Source: an uncultured Chloroflexia bacterium
GTDB taxonomy: Bacteria; Chloroflexota; Anaerolineae; JAAYZQ01
Direction: 5' to 3'
Length of the DNA: 64,000 bases
Assembly (NCBI GenBank): GCA_963700285.1
Contig: CAVOXA010000010.1
Coordinates: 1,536,001-1,600,000, forward strand
Part shown: positions 1 to 10,633 of the stretch, piece after piece
Position numbering within the stretch: position 1 is the stretch's first letter
Layout of the letters: every line of letters starts with the position of its first letter
Made by a program: the position numbers and the translations under genes
The notes under the pieces: generated by a model
Told to the model about the DNA's origin: nothing
Databases searched by the model: none
What the model saw: only the letters and a program-made list of their open reading frames with translations

Positions 1-1988
1 CGCGGCCGCGCCGATGGCCGACTACTTTGCCGAGAACCCGATCTTCAAGCAGGCCTTCGACCTGCTGCCCTACTCCACCTACGAGGCCCAGTGGTGCCCC
101 TGCTACGAAGAGGTGCGCCGCTCGATGAACGATGCCTACAGCGCCATCCTCGACGGGGCCGACATCGACGCGACGCTGGCCCAACTCGAGGCGGACGCCA
201 ACGCCAGCCTGGCCGAGAACCTGCCCGGCGGTGCGCTGCCGATAGCTGACCTGTGGGGCCAGGTACAGGTCGCGGGCAAGCTGGTCGTCTCCTCCGATCC
301 CAACTATGCGCCGCAGAGCTTCCTGAACGACGCGGGTGAGCTGGACGGCTTTGACATCGACGTGTCCAAGGCAGTTGCCGAGCGGTTGGGCGTCGAGGTC
401 GAGTTTGTGACCCCCGACTGGGATCTGATCACCGCCGGCAACTGGGGCGGTCGCTGGGACATCAGCATCGGTTCCATGACGCCGACGGAGGCCCGCGCCG
501 AGGTCCTGTGGTTCACCGATCCCTACTACTATACGCCGGCCGTCTTTGCCGTCCACACGGATAACACCGACATTGCCTCGCCAGATGACCTGTCGGGCAA
601 GAAGGTGGGGCTCGGCACGGCCACGACCTACGAGTCCTACCTGGACGGCACGCTGTCGATCATGGGCGGCGAGATCATATACGATCCGCCGTCAGGTGTG
701 ACTGTCCAGCCCTACAGCACGGACGTCGAAGCCATCGAGGACTTGATCTTGGGTGACGGCGTACGCCTGGACGCGGTCATGACAGCCGCACCGACTGTGC
801 AGAATGCCATCGATGAGGGCCTACCACTCAAGTACGTTGGCACCCCAGCCTTCTACGAGCCACTGGCCTTCTGCGCTGGACAAGGCCCGCGGACCGTCGG
901 ACAATATGGTGAATGCGCTGAACGACATCCTGGCTGATCTGCACGAGGATGGCACGCTGAGCGAGCTGTCCATGAAGTGGTACGGCGTCGACATCACGAC
1001 GCTGGTCATGCCCGAAGAGGGTGCAGCGCCATCCGCGCCAGCGGGTGATGTCCCGGAGGAGATGACCATCGCCTGGATCCCGAAGGCGCTGAACAACCCG
1101 GTATTCGAGATCGGCCGCGACGGAGCCTTCAAGAAGGCTGAAGAACTGACCGCCGAGACAGGCACCAAGGTAGAGGTGATGTACGTCGGCTCGGTGGCCT
1201 CCGATGCTGCGGAGCAAGCACGGGTGGTCGAGGACGTCATTGCCAAGGGCGTAGACGCGATTGGCATCTCCTGCAACGATCCTACGGCCTGCGAGGATCC
1301 CATCAACAAAGCAGTGGCAGCTGGCATCCCGGTGATGACCTGGGACTCTGACTCGCCCGACAGCGACCGCTTCACCTACCTGGGTGTGGACAACTACCAG
1401 GGTGGCAAGGCTGCTGCCGAGCTGCTGGTCAAGTTCATGGGCGAGGAGGGCAAGGTTGCCCTGCTCACAGGCGTGCCCGGCGCCTTTAACCTGGAGGAGC
1501 GCATCCGCGGCTTCCAGGATGGTGTGGCCGACTACCCCGGCATCGAGATCGTATCCACTGTCTACTGCAACGACGACATCAACCTGGGTGTGCAGGTGGT
1601 GGAAGAGACGATGCAGGCCCATCCGGACCTGGATGGTTGGTTCTTTGTCGGCCTGTGGCCGCTCTTTGCCGAGCGTGGCTCCATGCCCCTCTGGGAAGAT
1701 GCCTCGCTGAACGGCATGACCAACATCGTCTTTGATACCCTGCCGGTCGAGTTGGAGTTCATGCAGGATGGCTATGTCCAGGGTCTGGTCGGCCAAAAGT
1801 ACTGGGGCTGGGGCTATGACACGGTGCAGATGATCTATGATTACATCGTGAACGGCGCCACGTACGATGACTGGACCGATTCGGGGATGGACATCGTAAC
1901 CGAGTGCAACGTCGACGTCATGGCTGATGCCTGGGCCAACAGCGACTTTACCGCGCCGCTGCCCGACCCCTACGAGTGCCTGGAGTAG
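1..1988 (+). CDS. Multi-domain ABC substrate-binding protein, 5'-partial (end of family-1 SBP + polar amino-acid SBP + RbsB-like sugar SBP); one frameshift near 870
   Basis: ORF 14..937 reads ...[20 protein letters not shown] (C-terminus of a family-1 SBP), then [30 protein letters not shown] (SBP_bac_3). ORF 804..1988 continues [26 protein letters not shown], a P/A/E linker, then [33 protein letters not shown] (periplasmic binding protein type I). Confidence 0.8.
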
Positions 1989-2153
1989 GCTCTGGAAAGG
2001 GGGTCTGGCCGGACCCCTAGTTGAGGACTATGGTTGGCGAGAGACACTGCGTCTCTCGCCAACTGGGTTTGGGGGGCCGTAGAAAGCCCTCTGCCCGAGT
2101 TGCTACGACACGTTGCCGGGCCACCCAGCAGTGTTGGTAGCAAGGAGGTGGTA

Positions 2154-3692
2154 TTGCACGAGCAAGATGAGATGATGCTGCGCATGGAGGGCATCTCCAA
2201 AGCATTTCCCGGCGTGCAGGCCCTGGATAGCGTCGACTTTGAGGTAGCTGCCGGCGAAGTGGTGGCACTGGTCGGTGAAAACGGCGCCGGCAAGTCCACT
2301 CTGATGAAGATCCTCTGTGGCGCATACCGCAAAGATGCCGGTCAGATCTTCCTCGACGGACAGGAAACAGAAATCGAGAGCCCCCATCACGCCCAGGAAC
2401 TAAGCATTTCCATCATCTACCAGGAGTTCAATCTCACGCCAAACCAAAGCGCCGCGGCAAATATATTTCTTTCCCGGGAGCCAAAGCAGCAGGGACTGGG
2501 CCGGTTCTTTGGCTTTGTCGACCGCCGCCGCATGGAGCGGGAGGCCCAGGAGCACCTGGCGCGCGTTGGGGCACGGGTTTCTGCTACGACGCTGATCTGC
2601 AATCTCTCGGTGGCCGAGCAACAGATGGTGGAAGTGGCCAAGGCTCTGGCCGTGGACGCGCGAATCATTATCATGGACGAGCCCACGTCGGCATTGGGAG
2701 AGGATGAGGTAGAGACCCTTTTTGGCATCATCGAAAGCCTCAAGGAACAGGGCATCGCCATTGTCTTTATCACCCATCGTCTGGAGGAGATTCTCCGCAT
2801 CGCCGACCGTGTGGTAATTCTGCGCGACGGAAAGAGGGTAGGAAGCCTGCCCATCAGCGAGGCGACGGCCGATCAGATCATCCAGATGATGGTAGGTCGG
2901 GAATTGCTGGTTGACATGTTCCACAAAGAGGCAGCCGAGATTGGGGCGCCTCTTCTGGAGGTCCGCGGTCTCTCAGCACGGGGCGAAGTGAAAAACGTCA
3001 GTTTCACCCTGCATGCGGGAGAGATCCTGGGATTTGCGGGCCTGGTGGGAGCTGGCAGGACAGAGACTGCTCGCCTGATTTTCGGCGCCGACCGCAAGGA
3101 TGCCGGCGAGATTCTGATCGAGGGTAAGCCGGTGCGCATCGATGCGCCAGTTGATGCTGTAGAGGCTGGCTTGGCCCTTGTCCCCGAAGACCGGGGCCAG
3201 CAAGGGCTGGTCCTCATGCTGCCGGTACAGGAGAACATTGTCCTGCCCACGCTCGATGAGCACGCCCGCGCTGGCTGGGTGAATCGGCGCAGCCTGCAGG
3301 CAACGGCCCAGGAATACGTGGACAAGCTGGCCATTCGCACGCCGCACCTGCAGCAGAAGGCCATGTATCTTTCGGGCGGCAATCAGCAAAAGGTCGTGCT
3401 AGCCAAGTGGCTGGCCTCCAACCCCAAGGTGCTCATTATGGACGAGCCGACGCGAGGCATCGACGTGGGGGCCAAGGCCGAGGTACACGCCCTGATGAAC
3501 CAATTGGCCAAAGATGGGATAGGCATTATCATGATCTCCTCCGAGCTACCCGAGATCCTGGGCATGAGCGACCGCATCTTGGTGATGTCAGAGGGCCAGG
3601 TGGCAGCCATCCTAGACCGTGACGAAGCCACCCAGGAACGGATCATGGCCTACGCCAGCGGAGAGTCCGAGACCGGCGACAATGCACAGTAG
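2154..3692 (+). CDS. Sugar ABC transporter ATP-binding protein (RbsA/MglA-type, tandem NBD)
   Basis: Walker A GENGAGKST, two DEPT motifs, LSGGNQQKV. Start placed at TTG 2154 after the RBS AAGGAGGT. Confidence 0.93.
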   Translation: MHEQDEMMLRMEGISKAFPGVQALDSVDFEVAAGEVVALVGENGAGKSTLMKILCGAYRKDAGQIFLDGQETEIESPHHAQELSISIIYQEFNLTPNQSAAANIFLSREPKQQGLGRFFGFVDRRRMEREAQEHLARVGARVSATTLICNLSVAEQQMVEVAKALAVDARIIIMDEPTSALGEDEVETLFGIIESLKEQGIAIVFITHRLEEILRIADRVVILRDGKRVGSLPISEATADQIIQMMVGRELLVDMFHKEAAEIGAPLLEVRGLSARGEVKNVSFTLHAGEILGFAGLVGAGRTETARLIFGADRKDAGEILIEGKPVRIDAPVDAVEAGLALVPEDRGQQGLVLMLPVQENIVLPTLDEHARAGWVNRRSLQATAQEYVDKLAIRTPHLQQKAMYLSGGNQQKVVLAKWLASNPKVLIMDEPTRGIDVGAKAEVHALMNQLAKDGIGIIMISSELPEILGMSDRILVMSEGQVAAILDRDEATQERIMAYASGESETGDNAQ

Positions 3693-3906
3693 ACAGCACG
3701 CACGCAGTCTACTGCGGGACCAGTTGCAATGAACTCATTTTGCGGGGCGAGGGCACGCTTCTGATAGATCTCTATGGCTGGCCTGCTGCACATCTGCGGG
3801 GACACGAGCCACTTGCTGTCTGACATGGCCGAGAGCGGGGCCGGCAGAGATCAGCAACGACCCCCGGCAAGTCTGCCACTGACACAGCGTTGAAGGGAGA
3901 AGAGGT

Positions 3907-4893
3907 ATGACCGTATCGACTGCGGAATCCCAGGCACAGGGGTTCAATTGGCGGACGCTCTTTCGCAGGCAGGAGACGGGCGTGGCCATGATCCTACTGG
4001 CCCTGGTCGTCTTTTTAACTCTGTACACCGACACGTTTCTCACCGCCACCAACATCTTTAACATCCTAAGAGCGTTTTCCTGGGTTGCTATCAGCGCTTT
4101 TGGCCAAGCTATGGTCATCATCACCGCCGGGATCGACCTTTCTGTTGGTTCGGTCATGGCCATCTCTGGGCTGGCCAGCGCCATGCTGCTGGTTGCCGGG
4201 ATCCCGGTTCCCCTGGCCGTGGCCGGAGGGCTGGCGACGGGGCTTCTCGTGGGCATCCTGAATGGTCTAATGATTACCAAGGGAAGGTTGCCTCCATTCA
4301 TCGCCACCCTGGGCAGCTTGCTCATGTTCCGGGGCCTGTGCTATGGTCTGTCTGGGGGTTGGCCGGTCCGTGACTTGCCGCAATCATTCCGTAGCCTGGG
4401 ACAATATGATATTCCCATCGGCAGTGTGGGCGTTCCCATGCCGTTGGTTGTCACCCTGGTGCTGGCCGTACTTACCTCCCTGTTCCTTTCACGTACAGTG
4501 TGGGGCTATCGCATCTATGCCGTGGGCGGCAACGAGACAGCCACCAGGCTTTCGGGCATCAGTACCGACCGAACCAAGCTGCTGGTCTACGCCTTTTGCG
4601 GCCTCCTGACCGCCGTTGGCGGTATCCTCATGACCGCCCGATTGGGGGTCGCAGCACCAACCGCTGCACAGGGCTACGAGCTGGACGTCATTGCTGCCAC
4701 CGTGGTGGGGGGCGTCAGCCTGATGGGCGGCGAGGGTACGATCCTGGGCGTGCTTCTGGGTGCTCTCTTTATGGGCGTTCTGCGCAACGGCCTGGTGCTC
4801 GTAGGGGTTTCGGCCTACTGGCTGCAGGCCGTCCAGGGACTGGTCATCGTGACCGCCATCATGCTGGACCAGCTCCGTAAGCGCAGGCGCTAG
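3907..4893 (+). CDS. Sugar ABC transporter permease (RbsC-type, BPD_transp_2)
   Basis: [44 protein letters not shown] motifs; multiple TM helices. Confidence 0.93.
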   Translation: MTVSTAESQAQGFNWRTLFRRQETGVAMILLALVVFLTLYTDTFLTATNIFNILRAFSWVAISAFGQAMVIITAGIDLSVGSVMAISGLASAMLLVAGIPVPLAVAGGLATGLLVGILNGLMITKGRLPPFIATLGSLLMFRGLCYGLSGGWPVRDLPQSFRSLGQYDIPIGSVGVPMPLVVTLVLAVLTSLFLSRTVWGYRIYAVGGNETATRLSGISTDRTKLLVYAFCGLLTAVGGILMTARLGVAAPTAAQGYELDVIAATVVGGVSLMGGEGTILGVLLGALFMGVLRNGLVLVGVSAYWLQAVQGLVIVTAIMLDQLRKRRR

Positions 4894-5019
4894 TACAAAC
4901 CCTGTGCAACCAGAAGCGGACTCGCTTCTGGAGTCAAAGTTGGATATGTTCAGTTTTCAGGTTCTGACAACGACTCTCGTTGCGTTCCACGTGCCCACGC
5001 TAGATGAGAGAGGAAGAAC

Positions 5020-7242
5020 ATGATGACAGAATTGGATGATTCCATGAGTCGATCTCATCCAAAAGCGGTGAGGTTGCTGCTAATCCTCGTCGCCATCACT
5101 TCTGTTCCAAGTCTGCTTTACGCAATCCAGTATTTTGCCGGTGGGCCGATACGGCTGCCTGTGGTCAGCCAACTCTACGATCTGGCATTTGAGCGCAGAC
5201 AATCCCTGCTGGCAGTGGGGGCCCACGACGGACAGGTACTCCTGTGGGAGGTTCCCAGGAGGATCAGTACCAGGACCATGACCGAAGAGGACGTGGCCGT
5301 ACAAGAACCCTGGCTGATGTACACTTTGTCTGGCCATGAGGCACCCGTAGTCGAACTAGCCTTCACTCCTGATGGCGCCAACCTGGTGACGGTCAGTCGC
5401 GATGGGGTGGTCAAGCGGTGGGACATTTCGGCGGGCGCCAATGCTGGCCTTGAGAATGAACAGGGTCAAACTGTCTTTGCTATCCAGGGTGAAGCGCTCA
5501 ACGATGCATCTTTTAGTCAGGATGCTACACTACTGGCCACGATTGCAGATGATGCTATCGTCCGGGTCTGGGATCTGTCGACAGGCCAGGCGCTCCAGAC
5601 CATCGGCTCTGGCAAAGAGAGCAAAATGGTCGTGGCCCTCAACGCGGACGGTACTCTGGTGGCCGCGGGCGACGGAGCAAACATCAGGATCTGGGACGTC
5701 GAGACGGGCGCACCAGTCCAACAACTGGATGGCTATTGGAAAGATGTGGAAGGCCAGGAGGACTGGCTGGGCCACGATGAAGAGGTGACCGCACTGGCCT
5801 TTGGTCCAGATGGCCAGTCCCTGGCTTCGGGTAGTGCCGACACGACCATCGTCTTCTGGGACCTCGATACTGGAGAGGTCACGTCGATGTCCGAGGGCCA
5901 TTGGGCCACGATAACTACACTGCTCTACGACCCAAACGGGGCTTTTGTATTGTCTGGCGCCAGGGACAACAAGATCCGGAACATAAGGACACAGGGCGGC
6001 AAGAGTACCGCCAGCTACATCGGGCACCTCAATGCCGTGAACCGCGCGGACTTTGGACCGGTACGCGACACGATCATGAGTGTATCGGATGATGGGACCC
6101 TGCGCATATGGGAAAACGCCACCCAGCGGGTTGTTCACATCGAGTGGTCGCAATATGGTTTCCAGCCCACGTGGGGCAAGGTCCTGAGTATCTGGCTGTT
6201 GATCAGCGGTATTCTGGGCCTGGTTTGCCTGTGGGGGCTATGGAAGCGCTATATCTGGAGCCACCTGCTGGCCCTGACGATGTACCTGATGGGGCCGATC
6301 ATCGTACTGGGCCTTCCTCTGTTTGAGGTGTTCTCCTACCCTCTACCCACAGAAATCAAAATGCAGATCGCCTGGCCACTGGTTGTACTGGCGGTTTGGT
6401 ACATCATACTGCTCTTGGTTCTGACGCGAGCTCCGGTGGCCACGTGGTACGAAGCACCTCAGGGGGCATCCTTGTCCGAACAGCTGGTGATCAGCCAGCG
6501 GACGGTCAAGACCCGCTTTGGGATCTATAGCCTGGCGGTGTGGGTTGCTCTGCTGGTGATCCTCTTTTCGATCCTGCGCCGCTTTGACCTCGATATTGCC
6601 TTCATGGGGCACTTTTTTCCCTTTATTATGGCTGGCGCTGGCCTGACTATCGTGATCTCGGCGGCATCCATTGCTCTGGCCATCGTCTTGGCTCTGTTGG
6701 GGGCTCTGGGACGGTTGTCCAACAACCCCATCGCCAACGGTGTGTCCAGCTTTTATATCTCTCTGATCAGGGGCACGCCTCTGCTTGTGCAGATCTTTAT
6801 CTGGTACCTGGGTCTGCCCCGTTTGGGCATCATCTTGCAGCCACTGGTAGCCGGCATCCTGGCCCTGGGCGTAAACTATGGCGCCTATATGACAGAGATC
6901 TTTCGGGCCGGCATCCAGGCCATCGGCAAGGGCCAGTACGAGGCGGCCAACGCGTTGGGCATGTCCCGCGCCCAGACCTTCCGCCGCATTGTCCTCCCCC
7001 AAGCCTTCCGCATCGTTATCCCGCCCATCGGCAACGAGTTCATCGCCATGATGAAGGACTCTTCGCTTGTCTACGTGATGGGGGTCTGGGAGCTTACCTT
7101 CCGCGCGCAAAAGATTGGCAGACAGAATTTTCGCAATATGGAGACCTTTTTGATCGCGGCAGCCTTTTACTGGGTACTGACGGTGATCTTTCAGTTTCTC
7201 CAGGGCAAGCTGGAGGACTATATGGCCCGTGGTGAGAGGTGA
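5020..7242 (+). CDS. WD40-repeat / amino-acid ABC permease fusion (HisM/GlnP-type C-terminus)
   Basis: GH..WD repeats (LSGHEAPV..VKRWD, LGHDEEV..IVFWD, IGHLNAV..LRIWE) followed by RGTPLLVQ and AYMTEIFRAGIQAIGKGQYEAA (EAA loop). Single uninterrupted ORF. Confidence 0.88.
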   Translation: MMTELDDSMSRSHPKAVRLLLILVAITSVPSLLYAIQYFAGGPIRLPVVSQLYDLAFERRQSLLAVGAHDGQVLLWEVPRRISTRTMTEEDVAVQEPWLMYTLSGHEAPVVELAFTPDGANLVTVSRDGVVKRWDISAGANAGLENEQGQTVFAIQGEALNDASFSQDATLLATIADDAIVRVWDLSTGQALQTIGSGKESKMVVALNADGTLVAAGDGANIRIWDVETGAPVQQLDGYWKDVEGQEDWLGHDEEVTALAFGPDGQSLASGSADTTIVFWDLDTGEVTSMSEGHWATITTLLYDPNGAFVLSGARDNKIRNIRTQGGKSTASYIGHLNAVNRADFGPVRDTIMSVSDDGTLRIWENATQRVVHIEWSQYGFQPTWGKVLSIWLLISGILGLVCLWGLWKRYIWSHLLALTMYLMGPIIVLGLPLFEVFSYPLPTEIKMQIAWPLVVLAVWYIILLLVLTRAPVATWYEAPQGASLSEQLVISQRTVKTRFGIYSLAVWVALLVILFSILRRFDLDIAFMGHFFPFIMAGAGLTIVISAASIALAIVLALLGALGRLSNNPIANGVSSFYISLIRGTPLLVQIFIWYLGLPRLGIILQPLVAGILALGVNYGAYMTEIFRAGIQAIGKGQYEAANALGMSRAQTFRRIVLPQAFRIVIPPIGNEFIAMMKDSSLVYVMGVWELTFRAQKIGRQNFRNMETFLIAAAFYWVLTVIFQFLQGKLEDYMARGER

Positions 7243-7295
7243 TAGGTGGCTATTCGAACTTGGCGCCTAAAAATTGGAGACTGGAGGATGGAATT

Positions 7296-8048
7296 ATGAC
7301 CGGCCCGATTATCAAGGTCAGAGGCCTGCACAAATACTTTGGCCCTTTGCACGTCATCCAGGGGGTGGATCTGGATGTGGCGCCTGCTGAAGTGGTAGTC
7401 ATTATCGGCCCATCGGGTGGGGGGAAAAGCACCTTTTTACGTTGCCTTAACTTTCTCGAGCATCCCTCAGCGGGGACCATCGAGATCGATAATGTGGTGA
7501 TCGAGGCCAGGGAGCCGGCCAGCCAGCACCGCCGCCATATCCGTGGCATCCGCCAGAAGGCGGGCATGGTCTTCCAGCAGTTCAACCTCTTTCCCCACAT
7601 GACCGCACTGGGCAACATCATTGAGGCGCCCCTCATTGTCAAGGGCATGTCCAAGTCGGAGGCGACTGTCAAGGCGGAGGAACTCTTGGACTGGGTCGGC
7701 CTATCGGACAAGCGGGATGAGTATCCCTCCAGGTTGTCGGGCGGGCAGCAGCAGCGGGTGGCCATCGCCCGCGCCCTGGCCATGGAGCCCCGGATCATGC
7801 TTTTCGATGAGCCCACTTCGGCTCTTGACCCTGAGTTGATCGGCGAGGTCGTGGAGGTGATGGAGCGGCTGGCCAGAGAGGGGATGACCATGATCGTCGT
7901 CACCCACGAGATCCATTTTGCTCAGGATGTGGCGGACCGCGTCATCCTCATGGCCGATGGCGGCTGGGTCGAGATGGCCCCGCCCGAAGAACTGTTCACC
8001 AACCCCAAGGAGGAGCGAACCCGCCAGTTTCTGTCGCACATTCTGTAG
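7296..8048 (+). CDS. Polar amino-acid ABC transporter ATP-binding protein (GlnQ-type)
   Basis: GPSGGGKST, LSGGQQQRVAIARAL, LFDEPTSALDPE. Start at ATG 7296 after GGAGG. Confidence 0.93.
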   Translation: MTGPIIKVRGLHKYFGPLHVIQGVDLDVAPAEVVVIIGPSGGGKSTFLRCLNFLEHPSAGTIEIDNVVIEAREPASQHRRHIRGIRQKAGMVFQQFNLFPHMTALGNIIEAPLIVKGMSKSEATVKAEELLDWVGLSDKRDEYPSRLSGGQQQRVAIARALAMEPRIMLFDEPTSALDPELIGEVVEVMERLAREGMTMIVVTHEIHFAQDVADRVILMADGGWVEMAPPEELFTNPKEERTRQFLSHIL

Positions 8049-8176
8049 ACTGCCCCTGAAACGGGAGCCTGAGACCGCCCTCGAGATGGGAGCTTGCGAG
8101 AAAAGGGAACGTGAGCAAGAGGTAGCGGGACTCAGATCAGTCTGCACATTCTAACATAGGCAAGGAGCATAGACTG

Positions 8177-9406
8177 ATGATCGCGATTACCAATGGAAAG
8201 GTGATGACAATTACCCAGGGAACGCTTGACCCCGGGACTATACTCGTCGAGGGCGGGCGGATCGTCGCCCTCGGGCAGGAGGTTCTGATCCCTGAGGATG
8301 CCGAGGTATACAATGCGACGGGCAAGGTCGTCATGCCCGGTCTGATCGATGCCCACTGTCACGTTGGGCTCTTTCCCGACGGCATCGGCTGGGAGTACTC
8401 GGATGGCAATGAGTTGACCGATCCCATTACACCTCACCTGCGAGCACTGGATGCGGTACATCCCGACGACCTAGCCTTCAAAGAGCTGGTGGCAGCGGGC
8501 GTGACCACCGTTCTCACCGGCCCCGGCAGTGGAAACCTGGTCGGCGGGCAGTGGATCTGCCTAAAGACGGCGCCCAAGCCCAGCGTAGAGCAGATGGTGC
8601 TGCTGGAACCAGCGGGTATGAAGATGGCCCTGGGCGAGAACCCCAAGCGGGTCTATGGCGAGCAGAAAAAGACTCCCTCCACACGGATGGGGAACGCGGC
8701 TATCCTGCGCGCGGCCCTTGTGGAGGCTCAGAATTACCTGGAAAAGTGGCGCCGCTACGAGTCCGACATGGCCGGATGGCTGGCTAGCGTGGAGGCGGGC
8801 AATGAGGATGCAGAGGCGCCCAAGCCGCCGGAGCGGGATCTGAAGCTGGAGGCGTTGGGCAAGGTGCTGCTCCGCGAGATGAAAGCCCGTATCCACGCTC
8901 ACCGGGCGGATGACATGCTGACCGCCATTCGCATCGCCGAAGAGTTCAACCTGGATCTGACGTTGGAGCACGCTACCGAAGGCTACAAGATTGCTGATAT
9001 CCTGGCCAGCAAGGGGATTCCGGTTACAGCCGGTCCAATACTGTTCTCTCGGGCCAAGTATGAGTTGAGAGAGATGACGCCCAGGAACCCGGGCCTCATG
9101 GCCAAAGCAGGCGTCAAGGTGGGGATTCAGACGGACGAGATGTCAGCGGTCAAGTATCTGACCATCAATGCCGCCCTGGCTGTGCGCGAAGGAATGCCTG
9201 AGGAAGAGGCATTGAAAGCCATCACCATCAATGCCGCAGAGATCATCGGTGTTGAGAGGCGCGTGGGCAGCCTGGAGGTGGGCAAGGATGCTGACATCGT
9301 CGTCTTTGGCGGGCATCCCTTTGACTACCGGACTGTGGCCGAACTGGTGCTGATCGATGGCCAGGTGGTCCATCAAGCCATGGACGAGGCCGGGGGAGAA
9401 TTCTAA
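8177..9406 (+). CDS. Amidohydrolase (metal-dependent, imidazolonepropionase-like family)
   Basis: PGLIDAHCH metal motif, KMALGENPK, HAHRADD, GSLEVGKDADIV. Confidence 0.9.
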   Translation: MIAITNGKVMTITQGTLDPGTILVEGGRIVALGQEVLIPEDAEVYNATGKVVMPGLIDAHCHVGLFPDGIGWEYSDGNELTDPITPHLRALDAVHPDDLAFKELVAAGVTTVLTGPGSGNLVGGQWICLKTAPKPSVEQMVLLEPAGMKMALGENPKRVYGEQKKTPSTRMGNAAILRAALVEAQNYLEKWRRYESDMAGWLASVEAGNEDAEAPKPPERDLKLEALGKVLLREMKARIHAHRADDMLTAIRIAEEFNLDLTLEHATEGYKIADILASKGIPVTAGPILFSRAKYELREMTPRNPGLMAKAGVKVGIQTDEMSAVKYLTINAALAVREGMPEEEALKAITINAAEIIGVERRVGSLEVGKDADIVVFGGHPFDYRTVAELVLIDGQVVHQAMDEAGGEF

Positions 9407-9456
9407 TAGATTTCTAACACTCCTCCAACGTTGGTCTAACACTTTTTCGCTAGAAT
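9402..9456 (+). promoter_or_regulatory. Four 11-bp-periodic direct repeats plus -10 box upstream of hsp20
   Basis: TCTAATAG (9402), TCTAACAC (9413), TCCAACGT (9424), TCTAACAC (9435), then TAGAAT at 9451-9456. Confidence 0.55.
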
Positions 9457-9507
9457 GAGTACCGAGATTGGAAGATGAAACGGCTTGATCCTTTAGGAGG
9501 TGTAGAA

Positions 9508-9987
9508 ATGGCTAGTATCGTTCGTTGGGAACCCTTCCGTGATATGATGGCTGTCCGAGACGCGATGGATCGAATGCTTGAGGAGAGGTTTGTTCGCCCG
9601 CCTTTGCCTTTTGGTCCCTGGAGCGAGGGTACGTTGCCCGTGGATATGTATGAGACCGATGAGAATATCGTAGTCAAGACCGGGATCCCAGGCGCCAACG
9701 CCGAGGAGATCGAAGTGTCTGTTACCGGTGATACGCTGACCATCAAGGCTGAGACAAAAGAAGAAAAAGAGATTCAGCGTGAGAATTACCTGCGACGTGA
9801 GCGTCGCGTCGGATCCTACTGCCGCTCCGTAACCCTCCCGGGTGGGTTGGAAACGGAAAAGGCCAGTGCGGACTATACTGATGGGGTCTTGACGCTGAGC
9901 TTCCCCAAGGCGGAAGAGATCAAGCCCAAGACCATTCAGGTCAAAACTCACAGCACTGTAGAGGCTGCTGGGTCTGGAGACGCGTAG
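9508..9987 (+). CDS. Hsp20/alpha-crystallin small heat-shock protein
   Basis: WEPFRD N-terminus, PVDMYET, RRERRVGSYCRSVTLP, ADYTDGVLTL, KTIQV (IxI/V). RBS AGGAGG. Confidence 0.93.
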   Translation: MASIVRWEPFRDMMAVRDAMDRMLEERFVRPPLPFGPWSEGTLPVDMYETDENIVVKTGIPGANAEEIEVSVTGDTLTIKAETKEEKEIQRENYLRRERRVGSYCRSVTLPGGLETEKASADYTDGVLTLSFPKAEEIKPKTIQVKTHSTVEAAGSGDA

Positions 9988-10066
9988 CCAGCTACCTTGT
10001 GAACAGAGAGACTGGGCAGGGTGGTAGCCCTGCATCCAGTCTCAAACCCAAGCGTCAAGAGAGAAG

Positions 10067-10099
10067 AAGGGCCTGAGAGCGTATTCTTTGGGCCCTTTT
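10067..10099. terminator. Probable bidirectional intrinsic terminator
   Basis: AAGGGCC...GGCCCTTTT hairpin between convergent genes. Confidence 0.6.
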
Positions 10100-10156
10100 C
10101 ATGTTTTCAGCCGTCCACGGTCAAACCTTCGCCGCCAACAATATGAAACTGCCGAT

Positions 10157-10522
10157 CTACAGTCGGTCCTGGCTGGGCTGCCGGCCAATAGCCTGCCTGC
10201 GGTCCCGGTGGCCATCCCTGGGTTCCCCCTCCCCCTGGATGACGATCACTGGTGGACTGTTGCCCTGCCTGGTCTGACGCTCCGCCCCTGGGACCTGCTG
10301 AGGGTCCCTCCGGGTGAGTACCACCAATAACAGCAGAGAGGTGGGAATACTAGCTGCTATCCCACACACTACTCCGATAACTACTGCCATGGCCTCGGTG
10401 CTCATCTGCTGGCCCACCTCCACCGCCAGTACTACAGCAGAGACCGCACCCAATACCAAGACCACATGTTTGGCGTTTCCACCAAACCCACGAAACTCCA
10501 GCCCGCGTTCTCTGCGCTCCAT
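10157..10522 (-). CDS. Small two-TM membrane protein of unknown function, downstream of a LexA box
   Basis: Two hydrophobic segments (VVLVLGAVSAVVLAV; AMAVVIGVVCGIAASIPTSLLLLVVL), a PPVIVIQ motif, RBS GAGGGG, consensus promoter upstream. Confidence 0.7.
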   Translation of the reverse strand: MERRERGLEFRGFGGNAKHVVLVLGAVSAVVLAVEVGQQMSTEAMAVVIGVVCGIAASIPTSLLLLVVLTRRDPQQVPGAERQTRQGNSPPVIVIQGEGEPRDGHRDRRQAIGRQPSQDRL

Positions 10523-10611
10523 GGCTCACTACCCCCTCTATCTATGCCATTCCACGATACTTTGGGATCCCAGCCAGGCCAAGTTTGCAGCGCGGCTGCT
10601 CTCAACTTCAG

Positions 10612-10625
10612 AGAACATTTGTTCT
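10612..10625. promoter_or_regulatory. LexA (SOS/Cheo-type) box
   Basis: Palindrome AGAAC-ATTT-GTTCT matches the GAAC-N4-GTTC box of Bacillota, Actinomycetota and Chloroflexota LexA. Confidence 0.78.
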
Positions 10626-10633
10626 ATATCTGG

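Noticed and set aside
9411-9445. CIRCE/HrcA operator upstream of hsp20
   Set aside because: Only half-site-like CTAACACTC in direct orientation; the inverted GAGTGCTAA arm is absent.
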